A stretch of 64,000 bases of DNA from Methanobacteriota archaeon. GTDB lineage: Archaea > Halobacteriota > Methanomicrobia > Methanomicrobiales > Methanomicrobiaceae. The stretch is taken from positions 1,288-65,287 of the forward strand of contig JAEWWL010000007.1 in assembly GCA_023396365.1 (NCBI GenBank), written 5' to 3'. Positions 39,738-48,419 of the stretch are shown here, piece after piece. The position numbers and the translations under genes were made by a program. The notes under the pieces were generated by a model. It was given only the letters and a program-made list of their open reading frames with translations, made no database searches and was not told where the DNA came from. Numbering within the stretch: position 1 is the first letter of the stretch; every line of letters starts with the position of its first letter.

Positions 39738-40514
39738 ATGAATTTTCTGGATTGTTGTGAAGAGATCGCAAAAGAGGTGACTGATGCAATCTCCCCTCTC
39801 ATCGGAACAGATGAGGCTGCTCTTTTTATCAAAGAGGGCGCAGACAAAACACCCACAAAAAAAATTGACCAGGTTGCAGAGGATATTGTAATAGACTATC
39901 TTAAGAAAAATTCACTATGCAGGACTTTAATCAGTGAGGAGGCCGGCTGCGAGGAAATCGGAGGAAAAAAAGGTACAATATACCTTGATCCTGTTGACGG
40001 AACACATAACGCAATCACAGGAAACCCGTTTTATGCACTGTCAATTGCCTATGCAGAGGATGGAATAATCAAAAATGCGTATGTAAAAGACCTTGCCCAC
40101 GGAGAATTCTTTTACGCAGAAAAGGATAAGGGAGCATTTAACAACGGCAAAAAAGTGAAGGTCTCAACAACAGATCTTTTGGAGAAAAGCACAATCAGTG
40201 TTTACGGAAAGAAATTTGATCCTGAAACAATAGTTAAAATCGGAGAAAAAATAAGGAGATGGAGGCTTTACGGTGCATCCGCTCTTGAGCTCTGCTACGT
40301 CGGATGCGGCAGGCTTGACGGTTTTATAGATCTTAGAAACACTCTTCGCGTAACTGATGCTGCGGCAGGAATGCTTTTTTGCAGGGAGGCCGGAGGTATT
40401 GTTACAGACAAAAACGGCAGCCCCATAAGATTTTCAGATGATGTAAGCCAGGGCCAGTGCCTTGTAGCAACAAACGGCCTTATTCACAAAAAAACAATCG
40501 AATACCTGAGGTGA
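39738..40514 (+). CDS. inositol-monophosphatase/FBPase-family phosphatase (likely NADP phosphatase partner of NAD kinase)
   Basis: 258 aa. IMPase motifs ISEEAG, YLDPVDGTHNA and WRLYGASALELCYVGCGRLDGF. Lies immediately upstream of NAD kinase, in the same order as the fused bifunctional enzyme of Methanocaldococcus (from memory). Confidence 0.85.
   Translation: MNFLDCCEEIAKEVTDAISPLIGTDEAALFIKEGADKTPTKKIDQVAEDIVIDYLKKNSLCRTLISEEAGCEEIGGKKGTIYLDPVDGTHNAITGNPFYALSIAYAEDGIIKNAYVKDLAHGEFFYAEKDKGAFNNGKKVKVSTTDLLEKSTISVYGKKFDPETIVKIGEKIRRWRLYGASALELCYVGCGRLDGFIDLRNTLRVTDAAAGMLFCREAGGIVTDKNGSPIRFSDDVSQGQCLVATNGLIHKKTIEYLR
40508..40514 (+). promoter_or_regulatory. Shine-Dalgarno-like GAGGTGA upstream of an in-frame ATT in the NAD kinase frame
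   Basis: GAGGTGA matches the complement of the archaeal 16S 3' end. It overlaps the IMPase stop codon and ends 4 nt before ATT 40519. Confidence 0.5.
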
Positions 40515-40518
40515 AATT

Positions 40519-41337
40519 ATTAAGTTTGTTCTGGTTGCAAGACCTGATGACGAAAGCGCTCTTATGCTTGCAAAAGATATTTCCGGTTTTTTAAAAGATA
40601 ACGGCCAGGAGATTATCTGTGAAAACAAAACCTCACTTGCACTTAATCTTGGGGAGGGAGTGGATTTTAAGAATCTCTTTGGAGATATCGCACTTGTAAT
40701 CGGCGGCGACGGAACAGTGCTTCATACAGTACGTCAGTTAAATAAACAGATTCCGATTATAGGAATCAATCGCGGCCGTGTCGGTTTTTTAACAGATCTT
40801 GAGCCTGAGGAGGCGGAGGAATATCTCAAAAAAATAATCGCAGGCGATTATAAAATTGAGAAAAGGATGCGCCTTTATCTTAGTGTTGACGGAGAGTACG
40901 CAGGAGAAGCATTAAACGAGGCAGTAATTGTCTCCTCACGTCCGGCAAAAATCCTTCAGCTCACAATTAATATCGATCATGTCCCTGCCGAAAGATTCCG
41001 TGCAGACGGAGTTATAATCAGCACGCCGACCGGTTCAACAGGCTATGCCATGAGTGCCGGCGGGCCGATTGTCGATCCCTGGACAGACGGATTTTTGATT
41101 GTTCCGCTTGCGCCTTACTATCTTTCTTCAAGGCCGCATATTGTGAGCAGCAAGAGAAGACTCTTAATTGAGCTTGACAGCACAAAGCCTGCAGATCTTG
41201 TAATAGACGGCCAGCACATAACAGAGCTTTACAACGGAAATGTTCTGTCAATTGAAAAATCCTCAGAGCCCGCCCTGTTCATCAATGCCGGCAAAAATTT
41301 CTTCGCAAAGGTTGACAGAAAGCTAAAAAACCTCTGA
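40519..41337 (+). CDS. nadK: NAD(+) kinase (probable non-ATG start; first ATG is at 40564)
   Basis: GGDGTVL, NRGRVGFL and STPTGSTGYAMSAGGP motifs. The frame is open from 40510, and the residues before the first ATG (I-KFVLVARPDDESAL-M) look like the conserved first beta-strand/helix of archaeal NAD kinases (MKFGIVAR..-type N-termini). Confidence 0.85.
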   Translation: MKFVLVARPDDESALMLAKDISGFLKDNGQEIICENKTSLALNLGEGVDFKNLFGDIALVIGGDGTVLHTVRQLNKQIPIIGINRGRVGFLTDLEPEEAEEYLKKIIAGDYKIEKRMRLYLSVDGEYAGEALNEAVIVSSRPAKILQLTINIDHVPAERFRADGVIISTPTGSTGYAMSAGGPIVDPWTDGFLIVPLAPYYLSSRPHIVSSKRRLLIELDSTKPADLVIDGQHITELYNGNVLSIEKSSEPALFINAGKNFFAKVDRKLKNL

Positions 41338-41511
41338 TGAATCAAAAAGAACCTAAAATAATATTTCTGATCTTTAAAAAACTTTTCAGAAATCAGAAAA
41401 AAATCTTTTTTTAAAAGACCATTTTTAATTGTAAAAAGCAATTTCATTTAATTTGTAAAAGGCTTATCTTCTTTTGAGTTTAAACTCTATCCAGCAGGTG
41501 TTACTGAATAT

Positions 41512-42012
41512 ATGCAGGTATCAATGAAGCTTGAAATACAGGACTTGCCGGGCCAGCTGGTTAATGCATTAAAACCGGTATCTGAAGTCGGGGGAAATAT
41601 AAAATCAGTTATTCATGTAAGGGATCCTCTATCGGATGCAAAAACACTTGATGTGGAGATTGCACTTGAGCTTCCCGAAGGAAAACTCGACACTCTAAAA
41701 GAGATGCTTAAAAAAAGCGGGGTTTCAATCTTAAGAATCGGCGAAGAGCGTTTTCTTGTAAGAAAATCAGTGATTCTCGTCGGTCATCTGATGCATACAG
41801 ACTTAAGCGACACCGTAGACAAAATCGATGAAACAGGATATGCAGAAGTAGGGGAGCTTTCGATGATAATGCCTGCAATAAATGAGCCGACATCTGCCAA
41901 AATGACAATAAAGTCAGAGAGCTTTGAGGATATCAGCCGTGCAATGGAGATATTAAGGCAGGTTGCAAAGCAAAAGGAGATTTTAATTGTCGAACCTCTG
42001 GAGGGAATCTGA
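41512..42012 (+). CDS. ACT-domain protein (amino-acid-binding regulatory type)
   Basis: 166 aa. N-terminal ACT-like LEIQDLPGQLVNALKPVSEVGGNIKSVIH. Its stop overlaps the hom start (TGATG). This pairing is typical in methanogens. Confidence 0.65.
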   Translation: MQVSMKLEIQDLPGQLVNALKPVSEVGGNIKSVIHVRDPLSDAKTLDVEIALELPEGKLDTLKEMLKKSGVSILRIGEERFLVRKSVILVGHLMHTDLSDTVDKIDETGYAEVGELSMIMPAINEPTSAKMTIKSESFEDISRAMEILRQVAKQKEILIVEPLEGI

Positions 42013-42998
42013 TGAGAATCGCTATTCTTGGATTTGGATCTGTTGGAAGAGGTATTGCAGAAATAATAAGCAAAAAAGAATTGGGAATCACAATTACTGC
42101 CATTGCCGATTCAAGGAGCGGAGTAATTGACAAAAACGGTGTTGATATCTCAGAAGTTTCTGCAAGAAAAGATAATACAGGTTTTGTCGGAGACACCGGC
42201 ATAAAGCCTGAGGATATTTTAAATTCAGATGTTTATGATGTGCTTGTCGAGGTAACTCCGACAAATGCACAGACAGGGCAGCCGGCGCTTGACTACATCA
42301 GATGCGCTCTTTTGAAGGGAAAAAGTGTAGTCACATCAAACAAAGGGCCTGTTGCTCTTGAATATAAAAAACTTAAGGCAGCTGCTGAAGAAAACGGCTG
42401 TGTTTTAAAATACGAGGCAACCGTCTGCGGTGCAATCCCGATAATTCATGCACTTGAGCACGGACTTGCAGGAAACAGGATAAAAAGAATTTACGGAGTA
42501 TTCAACGGAACATGCAATTATATCCTTACGAGAATGTCTGATGAAAAACTAACCTATCAGCAGGCTCTTTTGGAGGCGCGTGAGCTCGGATATGCCGAAG
42601 CAGACCCGACATATGACATAAAAGGCATTGATGCGGCAATAAAGCTTGTAATTCTTGCCAACACAATATTCGGATTTGATAAAAAATTAAGTGATGTTGA
42701 AATAACAGGAATTGACAGAATTCCTTTTGAGGCGCTTGAGCTTGCACTTTTGGATGAAAAAACAATACGCCTGATAGGAGAGATTGACGCTGATAAGGAA
42801 ATACTTAAGGTGTCTCCTAAAATTCTTCCAAAAAACCACACTCTTGTTGTCCGCGACACCCTCAACGCAGTTACAGCAGAAACCGATCTTGCCGGTGATG
42901 TTACATTCATTGGAAAAGGCGCAGGCTCCACAGAAACCGCAAGTGCGGTAATCTCAGATCTGCTTTTTATAAGTGAGTGCAATGGCAGGCGTAATTGA
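42012..42998 (+). CDS. hom: homoserine dehydrogenase
   Basis: 328 aa. NAD motif IAILGFGSVGRG, VVTSNKGPVA, and GTCNYILT / AEADPTYDIKGIDAA motifs. Confidence 0.9.
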   Translation: MRIAILGFGSVGRGIAEIISKKELGITITAIADSRSGVIDKNGVDISEVSARKDNTGFVGDTGIKPEDILNSDVYDVLVEVTPTNAQTGQPALDYIRCALLKGKSVVTSNKGPVALEYKKLKAAAEENGCVLKYEATVCGAIPIIHALEHGLAGNRIKRIYGVFNGTCNYILTRMSDEKLTYQQALLEARELGYAEADPTYDIKGIDAAIKLVILANTIFGFDKKLSDVEITGIDRIPFEALELALLDEKTIRLIGEIDADKEILKVSPKILPKNHTLVVRDTLNAVTAETDLAGDVTFIGKGAGSTETASAVISDLLFISECNGRRN

Positions 42999-44106
42999 AA
43001 AGAGACGTGAACTGCTGGAATTAATGAGAGAGTGCACTCTCAAAAACGGCTTTTTTACTGTTCATGATATCGAGGAGCAGACAAATATTGCACGAAGCAC
43101 AATTCAGGACTGGATTAACCGTTTATCTGAAGAGAACTGCATATTGCTAAAAGAGGAGAAGCGCGGACGCTATCCTGCAAAGTATATTTCAAAAAGCACA
43201 ATGCTTCAGACTGCATGCAAACGGATTTTTACAACAGTTGATAAAAACAATGTTGCAATTTTTCATGAATGCAGAAGCTATGGCTGTGCATCATTCTGCC
43301 ACCACCATCATCTTCTTGCAGGCGGCTGTATCTTAAAAGCGCAGAGAGAAGGAAATCTTCTTGTTGAATATGCCTGCCTTGATGGCAAATTTAAAGAACC
43401 CGTCAAGATCGGACTCTACCCAGATTCTGCTGTCGGAGTTTTGGATGTTCGTTGTGATGACGGATTTATAGTCCAGAGGATTCGGTGCATTGGCGGACCT
43501 GCCTATTCTCTTACTGACATGATGGGAATGGCGCAGGGCGTTTGTGATATTCAAATTGACATTAAGGGAAAGATTGTTGAAGGCAATGTATATACAAAAT
43601 CACTCACTCACATGGTTATTGGCGTCGATGACACAGATACAAAAGAGGGTGGTGCAACATTTGCCCTTGCTCTTGGCCTTTTGCAGTATCTTGGAAACTT
43701 AAAAGGAGTAATCCCGATATCGCACAGGGTTGTGATGCTAAACCCAAAACTTTCAGACTGCACTGCGGGAAATTCATGCAGCTATATTGAGCTTGCAGTA
43801 CTTCCTGAAAATGCCGAACAGATAAAGGAAATTGCCGCAAGATTTGTTGAGGATGAATCACTGTCACAAAACTGGGGCATTGCTGTAAAAACAGGATTTA
43901 TTATATCAAAAAATTTAAGAAATTACGGAATGCAGGCCAGAAATTCAGTACTGACTGATGAGTCTGCAAAAAAAACTGCGGCTGATGAGGATATATTCAT
44001 AAAAGGAAAAAGGGGAATAATCGGTGCACTTGCAGCTGTATCTTTCCGTGGGCTTGAAAATGATACTTTGCTTAATTTTTCGGCAAAACCGGATGCATTA
44101 TTATGA
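42982..44106 (+). CDS. wHTH + Cys/His-rich domain + TiaS-kinase-domain-like (DUF1743-like) protein, function unknown
   Basis: About 374 aa from ATG 42982 (GTG 42973 in the ORF track). N-terminal HTH-like FTVHDIEEQTNIARSTIQDWINRLSEE, then the middle segment CRSYGCASFCHHHH. The C-terminal half IGVDDTDTKEGGATFALA...RVVMLNPKL..TAGN...GKRGIIGALAAV parallels the DDTDS...RLNP...GLIGALAA pattern of the TiaS N-terminal domain (from memory). Confidence 0.55.
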   Translation: MAGVIEKRRELLELMRECTLKNGFFTVHDIEEQTNIARSTIQDWINRLSEENCILLKEEKRGRYPAKYISKSTMLQTACKRIFTTVDKNNVAIFHECRSYGCASFCHHHHLLAGGCILKAQREGNLLVEYACLDGKFKEPVKIGLYPDSAVGVLDVRCDDGFIVQRIRCIGGPAYSLTDMMGMAQGVCDIQIDIKGKIVEGNVYTKSLTHMVIGVDDTDTKEGGATFALALGLLQYLGNLKGVIPISHRVVMLNPKLSDCTAGNSCSYIELAVLPENAEQIKEIAARFVEDESLSQNWGIAVKTGFIISKNLRNYGMQARNSVLTDESAKKTAADEDIFIKGKRGIIGALAAVSFRGLENDTLLNFSAKPDALL

Positions 44107-45422
44107 TTAATTCTAAAGATGAAAAGCAGGCTGCCCCTGTCTTTGATGTATTCAATGTATTTTTTGATCGGATATATGAGCCCTCAATGCATATCGTCTT
44201 TTGTTCTGATGGCATAATTGACGATATAATCCTTAAAAAAGCAGTCACTCAGTATTTAAAATCCGATCCATATCTTTCATCACGCTTTGAAATAAAAGAC
44301 GGCATGTATTTCTGGCATCATGAGTCAGGCTATAAAACAGAGGATTATTTTTATCTTAAAAAAATTGCGGGATCTGCAGAATACATTCTAAACAATCCCC
44401 CGCCGCCTGTGAATGTATACAAAGGGCCGCAGATAAGAGCCGGAATTTACAGAAATGAAAGCTCTGATTTTTTGGTTTTTTCATGTCATCACGGATTTTG
44501 CGATGCCGGCGGCCTTAAATTCATGGCAAAAGAGATCTTTTCCATTTACCGCGAATTAAAAAAGAATCCTCTCTATATTCCGGAGTACAAAGGCTGGTAT
44601 TACAGAGGGACTAAGGATATTTTAGATAAATTCTCCCCTGAATACATAAAATCCGTTCTTGCAGACGAAACTCCTTTCTCTGACAGATGGGCTTTTCCTT
44701 TTGAATATATAGGACGCGGAACACCTCAGTTTTCAATGAGAAAATTATCGCCTGTCCGGATGAAAAAAATAAAGGAATTTGGAAAAAAATATAATGCGAC
44801 TGTAAATGATATTTTAATCGGGGCTTTTTTCCTTGCTCTTTTAAAGATTAATTCCTGCGATTCCGATGAGGAAAGTGAAAAATCAATCCTTACATCTGCC
44901 GATATCAGGAAGTATTATGGAAGGGATTTTGACAATCATCCGCAAAACTTATCTGTTGCTTTTCAGATTTCTCTTAAGGCAAAAAGAGATTATGAATTAA
45001 AAGATATCATCGAAGAGACTGCAAAAATAACCCGGCGGAAAAAATCAAAAGACCTCGGCCTTGGCTGCATTGCATTTTATGAAAAGATTTTTTCAGAGGG
45101 GGAATTTTTTATAAACGGCTTTTTTGACAATATGATGCAGTCTTATGAGAAGACAAATTTTAAAAATCCGGTTTTTTCAAACATAGGAATCATTGATGAA
45201 AATTATTTTTTAAACCTCAAAGCCAAAAATAATACAGATTTGAATGTTACTGATGCATTTTTCCTGCCTGTTGTCTGCCATCCGCCCGGATTTTTAATGA
45301 CTGCATCTACATTTAAAGACTCTATTTTTATTGTCTGCGGATATGAAGAGGGGCCTTACTCTAAGGAAACTGTTGAGAGATTTTTAGAATATACTGATTT
45401 TCTCATCTTAGGCAATGACTGA
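44103..45422 (+). CDS. condensation-domain-like / CoA-dependent acyltransferase superfamily protein (HHxxxDG)
   Basis: 439 aa. Catalytic motif FSCHHGFCDAGG at about residue 128, a mid-protein NATVNDILIGAFFLAL, and a late FSNIGI, in the order expected for C-domain/PapA5/WS-DGAT-type enzymes. ATGA overlap with the upstream gene. Confidence 0.7.
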   Translation: MINSKDEKQAAPVFDVFNVFFDRIYEPSMHIVFCSDGIIDDIILKKAVTQYLKSDPYLSSRFEIKDGMYFWHHESGYKTEDYFYLKKIAGSAEYILNNPPPPVNVYKGPQIRAGIYRNESSDFLVFSCHHGFCDAGGLKFMAKEIFSIYRELKKNPLYIPEYKGWYYRGTKDILDKFSPEYIKSVLADETPFSDRWAFPFEYIGRGTPQFSMRKLSPVRMKKIKEFGKKYNATVNDILIGAFFLALLKINSCDSDEESEKSILTSADIRKYYGRDFDNHPQNLSVAFQISLKAKRDYELKDIIEETAKITRRKKSKDLGLGCIAFYEKIFSEGEFFINGFFDNMMQSYEKTNFKNPVFSNIGIIDENYFLNLKAKNNTDLNVTDAFFLPVVCHPPGFLMTASTFKDSIFIVCGYEEGPYSKETVERFLEYTDFLILGND

Positions 45423-45463
45423 ATATTATATCTTAAATAATACAAACGAAAAATCAGATACTA

Positions 45464-45952
45464 ATGTGTGAAGATGCAAAAATAAAAAATTATATCACTC
45501 TGCTGTCCAGTCCGGATAAACAGGTGCGTGAAAGCGCCACTCATTCTCTTGCAAACTGCGGCAGCAGAGCGGTATTAAGTCTTATAAATGTTCTTGACAG
45601 TCCTGACTGGATAGTAAGATACAGGGCGGCTGAAGCGCTTGGACAGATAAAGGATGAAAGGGCAGTAAATTCCCTTACACAAAAATTAAGGGATCAAAAA
45701 GACCATGTCCGCTATATGGCAGCAAAAGGTCTTGGTTTTTCCGGGAAAAAAGAGCTTTCGTTATCTCTTGTGCCGCTTCTAAGAGATGAAAATGAGTACG
45801 TGCGAAGAATAACCGCACAGTCTCTTGGAATGCTTGGAGGAGACACTGCATACAAATCACTTTTAAAAGCAAAAGATATAGAGACAGATTCAAAGGCAAA
45901 AGAAGCGATGACTGCTGCAATAATCAGAATAAAGCCTGATGCAGATATTTAA
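45464..45952 (+). CDS. HEAT-repeat (PBS-lyase type) protein
   Basis: 162 aa. Four to five repeats of the type D..VR..A..ALG.....AV..L...L.D (for example SPDWIVRYRAAEALGQIKDERAV and DQKDHVRYMAAKGLG). Confidence 0.8.
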   Translation: MCEDAKIKNYITLLSSPDKQVRESATHSLANCGSRAVLSLINVLDSPDWIVRYRAAEALGQIKDERAVNSLTQKLRDQKDHVRYMAAKGLGFSGKKELSLSLVPLLRDENEYVRRITAQSLGMLGGDTAYKSLLKAKDIETDSKAKEAMTAAIIRIKPDADI

Positions 45953-46067
45953 AAGGAAAAAATTAAATTTTTTTTTATTTTTTAAAAATTTAAAGATTGC
46001 AGGCTTTCTTTGAAACGTCCAAAAAATTTTAAATTAAATAAAATTAAAAAAAATACAGCAGGAAAAA

Positions 46068-46850
46068 TTAAATCTCTAATAGCTCTGCTGCCTCTTTTAG
46101 TCCGGAATATGATGTTGAATCAAGAATAATTGGTGTTATTGAAATATTTCCGTTTGCAACAGAATGCACATCTGTTCCTTTTGGTGCGTCTTCATAAAGA
46201 GGGCCGTTGATCCAGAAATACGGCCTTCCGCGTGGATCAAGCCTTTTTTCAACACCGGTATCAAACAATTTTTCAGCAAGATGTGTAACTTCATATTTTC
46301 CGGTGAATTTTTGGGGAATATTTACATTTATGACATCACTTTTTTTGGGAAAGCCGTTCTTTAACAGATTTTTGCATATTTTTACAATTGCATCCTTTGC
46401 ATCGGTGAAATCAAGGCGTGAGTATTTCGGATCATCAAATTTTTCACCCTGATCTTCGACCTGAAGAGAAAAAGCAACAGAATTATAGCCGTGATTTGCG
46501 GCTTCAAGTGCAGCACCAATTGTTCCTGAAGTCATTACAGATTCAAACGATAAATTTTCACCAATATTTATGCCTGATACAACAAGATCTGGTTTTATCT
46601 TAAGGGCAAAGAGTCCGATTATGACAGAATCCGTCGGTTTTCCTCCGACAGAGTATGCCTCTTTTCCGTTCATTATGATTTTACTGGCTCTTATCGGTTC
46701 AAATATAGATATAGATCTTCCAACAGCACTCTGCTGTGTTGAAGGTGCAACAACAGTTACATCTGCAAAACCTGAAAGGGCATCATATGCAGCCCAAAGA
46801 CCCTCGGATGTTACGCCGTCATCATTTGTTAAGAGAATTTTTGGTCTCAT
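46068..46850 (-). CDS. surE: 5'/3'-nucleotidase SurE
   Basis: MRPKILLTNDDGVTSEGL... with GINIGEN and SGTIGAALEA motifs. ATG 46850 is preferred to the ORF-track start at 46871. Confidence 0.92.
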   Translation of the reverse strand: MRPKILLTNDDGVTSEGLWAAYDALSGFADVTVVAPSTQQSAVGRSISIFEPIRASKIIMNGKEAYSVGGKPTDSVIIGLFALKIKPDLVVSGINIGENLSFESVMTSGTIGAALEAANHGYNSVAFSLQVEDQGEKFDDPKYSRLDFTDAKDAIVKICKNLLKNGFPKKSDVINVNIPQKFTGKYEVTHLAEKLFDTGVEKRLDPRGRPYFWINGPLYEDAPKGTDVHSVANGNISITPIILDSTSYSGLKEAAELLEI

Positions 46851-46987
46851 AATTAATTCCTTTATTAACATGCTCTTTAATAAATAAGATGTTTTGCTGT
46901 AAAGTTTAAAATAAAAATGCCAAAACGGGATTTAGACAAGTATAATAACTTTTGTTTCTAAACAAAAATATTAATTGTGTGATTTTC

Positions 46988-48325
46988 ATGTCAGATAAAA
47001 ATTATATCCATGCCGGTTTTGCCATTTTAATCCTTGCTCTTCTAACAGCAGTCGCACCTGCCCTTGCAGGCACAATATATTACTACCAGGACACTCCGGT
47101 AGCATCCCCCGAATATTTAACGCTTAAAGGTTTTTCAGTATCAGGAGAAACTGCCGAAATTTATCCGGGTGATGAAGTCACTGCAAAATACATGATTCAC
47201 TATGAACCCCAATCATACAATCAGCTTGTAATCGATCAGCCGGGTGGTCTTTATTTTGATCTTACCGATCCTGACGGGACTACAACAAGGCTTGGAACAA
47301 ATTACATAGGAAAAACAATAGAGCCTGATGCATATATCAGCATAACCGAATCATTCACCCCGGACAAGCCGGGAACATGGAAGATATCTCCTGCCTATAC
47401 TGTCGTCCAGGGAAACCTGATGTCAAAAAAATCAAATCCAAAGAACTGGCAGACAGCTGAAATTCATGTTAAAGGTATAAGCAAGCCCAGGCCTGATCTT
47501 ATAATCAGTGATGCCAAAGCCGAGTTTGATGCTGAATTGGGAATTATCTCCAGAATATCATACACAATAAAAAATACAGGCGATGCCGACTCACAGCCAA
47601 GCTCATCCATAATTTATATTGACGGATATGAAAACAGCATGATAAGCAGCACAGGGTATCTTCCATCCGGTGAGAGTGCAACAATTTTTGAGCCGGCAGG
47701 GGTAAAATACTCAGGAAGCAGCACTCTTTTAAAAATAGAGGCCGACTATGCCAAACTGATAAATGAATCTGACAAAGAAAACAACAAATTCGAGATAGTT
47801 GTTCAAAATCCGGGATATATACTCCCGAATAAGGATACCAAAAACGAAGCACCCGCATATGAAAGCCTGCCGGTTTTGGAGAGCAAACCTGTTGCAGCTA
47901 CTGAGTATAATGTCTGCCCCGTTCAGGGGGGATGCTTTGACATCTGCTTTTTATGCGCTGTTGCTGGTGTTTTGTCAATTCTGGTCTCAGTTCTTTCATT
48001 TGCACTTGGCTACTATTATGGATTAAATAAAAACTGTGAGCGTGAAGTCCTGTGGATGAGATCAAAATTAGAGATTTTAAGGACAGGAAGTAAAAATTCA
48101 TACTCTGCAAAGGAGATGAAAAAAGAAAATGTTGCAAAAGTAATGGAAGAAAACCTGGATAAGGCAGTAAAAAATCTTGATAAAAAAGATGAGAATAAAA
48201 AAGATAAAACTGCTGATAAAAATCCTGATAAACAGGATGAGAATAAAAAAGACAGTAGTGATGACAAAAAAGACAATAAAGATGAGATAAATAAAGAGAA
48301 TAAAGATAACAAAAAAACTGATTAG
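46988..48325 (+). CDS. secreted CARDB-like domain protein with single TM anchor and Lys/Asp/Asn-rich cytoplasmic tail
   Basis: Signal-like MSDKNYIHAGFAILILALLTAVAPALA. CARDB-like segment PDLIISDAKAEFD...YTIKNTGDADS...ESDKENNKFEI. TM segment FLCAVAGVLSILVSVLSFALGYYYGL, then the tail DKKDENKKDKTADKNPDKQDENKKDSSDDKKDNKDEINKENKDNKKTD. Confidence 0.7.
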   Translation: MSDKNYIHAGFAILILALLTAVAPALAGTIYYYQDTPVASPEYLTLKGFSVSGETAEIYPGDEVTAKYMIHYEPQSYNQLVIDQPGGLYFDLTDPDGTTTRLGTNYIGKTIEPDAYISITESFTPDKPGTWKISPAYTVVQGNLMSKKSNPKNWQTAEIHVKGISKPRPDLIISDAKAEFDAELGIISRISYTIKNTGDADSQPSSSIIYIDGYENSMISSTGYLPSGESATIFEPAGVKYSGSSTLLKIEADYAKLINESDKENNKFEIVVQNPGYILPNKDTKNEAPAYESLPVLESKPVAATEYNVCPVQGGCFDICFLCAVAGVLSILVSVLSFALGYYYGLNKNCEREVLWMRSKLEILRTGSKNSYSAKEMKKENVAKVMEENLDKAVKNLDKKDENKKDKTADKNPDKQDENKKDSSDDKKDNKDEINKENKDNKKTD

Positions 48326-48419
48326 CAAAGATGTGAATAAAAAAGAAAATAAGGAATAATAAAAAGACTCTTTTTTTAATCGTTATCCTCATGTGCATTA
48401 AAGTTCAAAATTAATATTG

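Noticed and set aside
40500-40525. Programmed +1 frameshift at AGG-TGA fusing the IMPase-like protein to NAD kinase, recreating the fused enzyme of Methanocaldococcus.
   Set aside because: This is possible in principle, since the kinase frame is +1 and open from 40510. However, I see no slippery or stimulatory context. The GAGGTGA element is better explained as an SD for independent initiation at ATT 40519. I kept it as an alternative within the NAD kinase finding rather than a separate claim.
47898-48398. Three overlapping minus-strand ORFs (47898-48398, 48016-48312, 48098-48328) rich in Phe/Leu/Ile/Ser.
   Set aside because: They are the reverse-complement reading of the purine-rich DNA that encodes the K/D/N tail of the CARDB protein. 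Their poly-F/L/I translations are an artefact of that composition.
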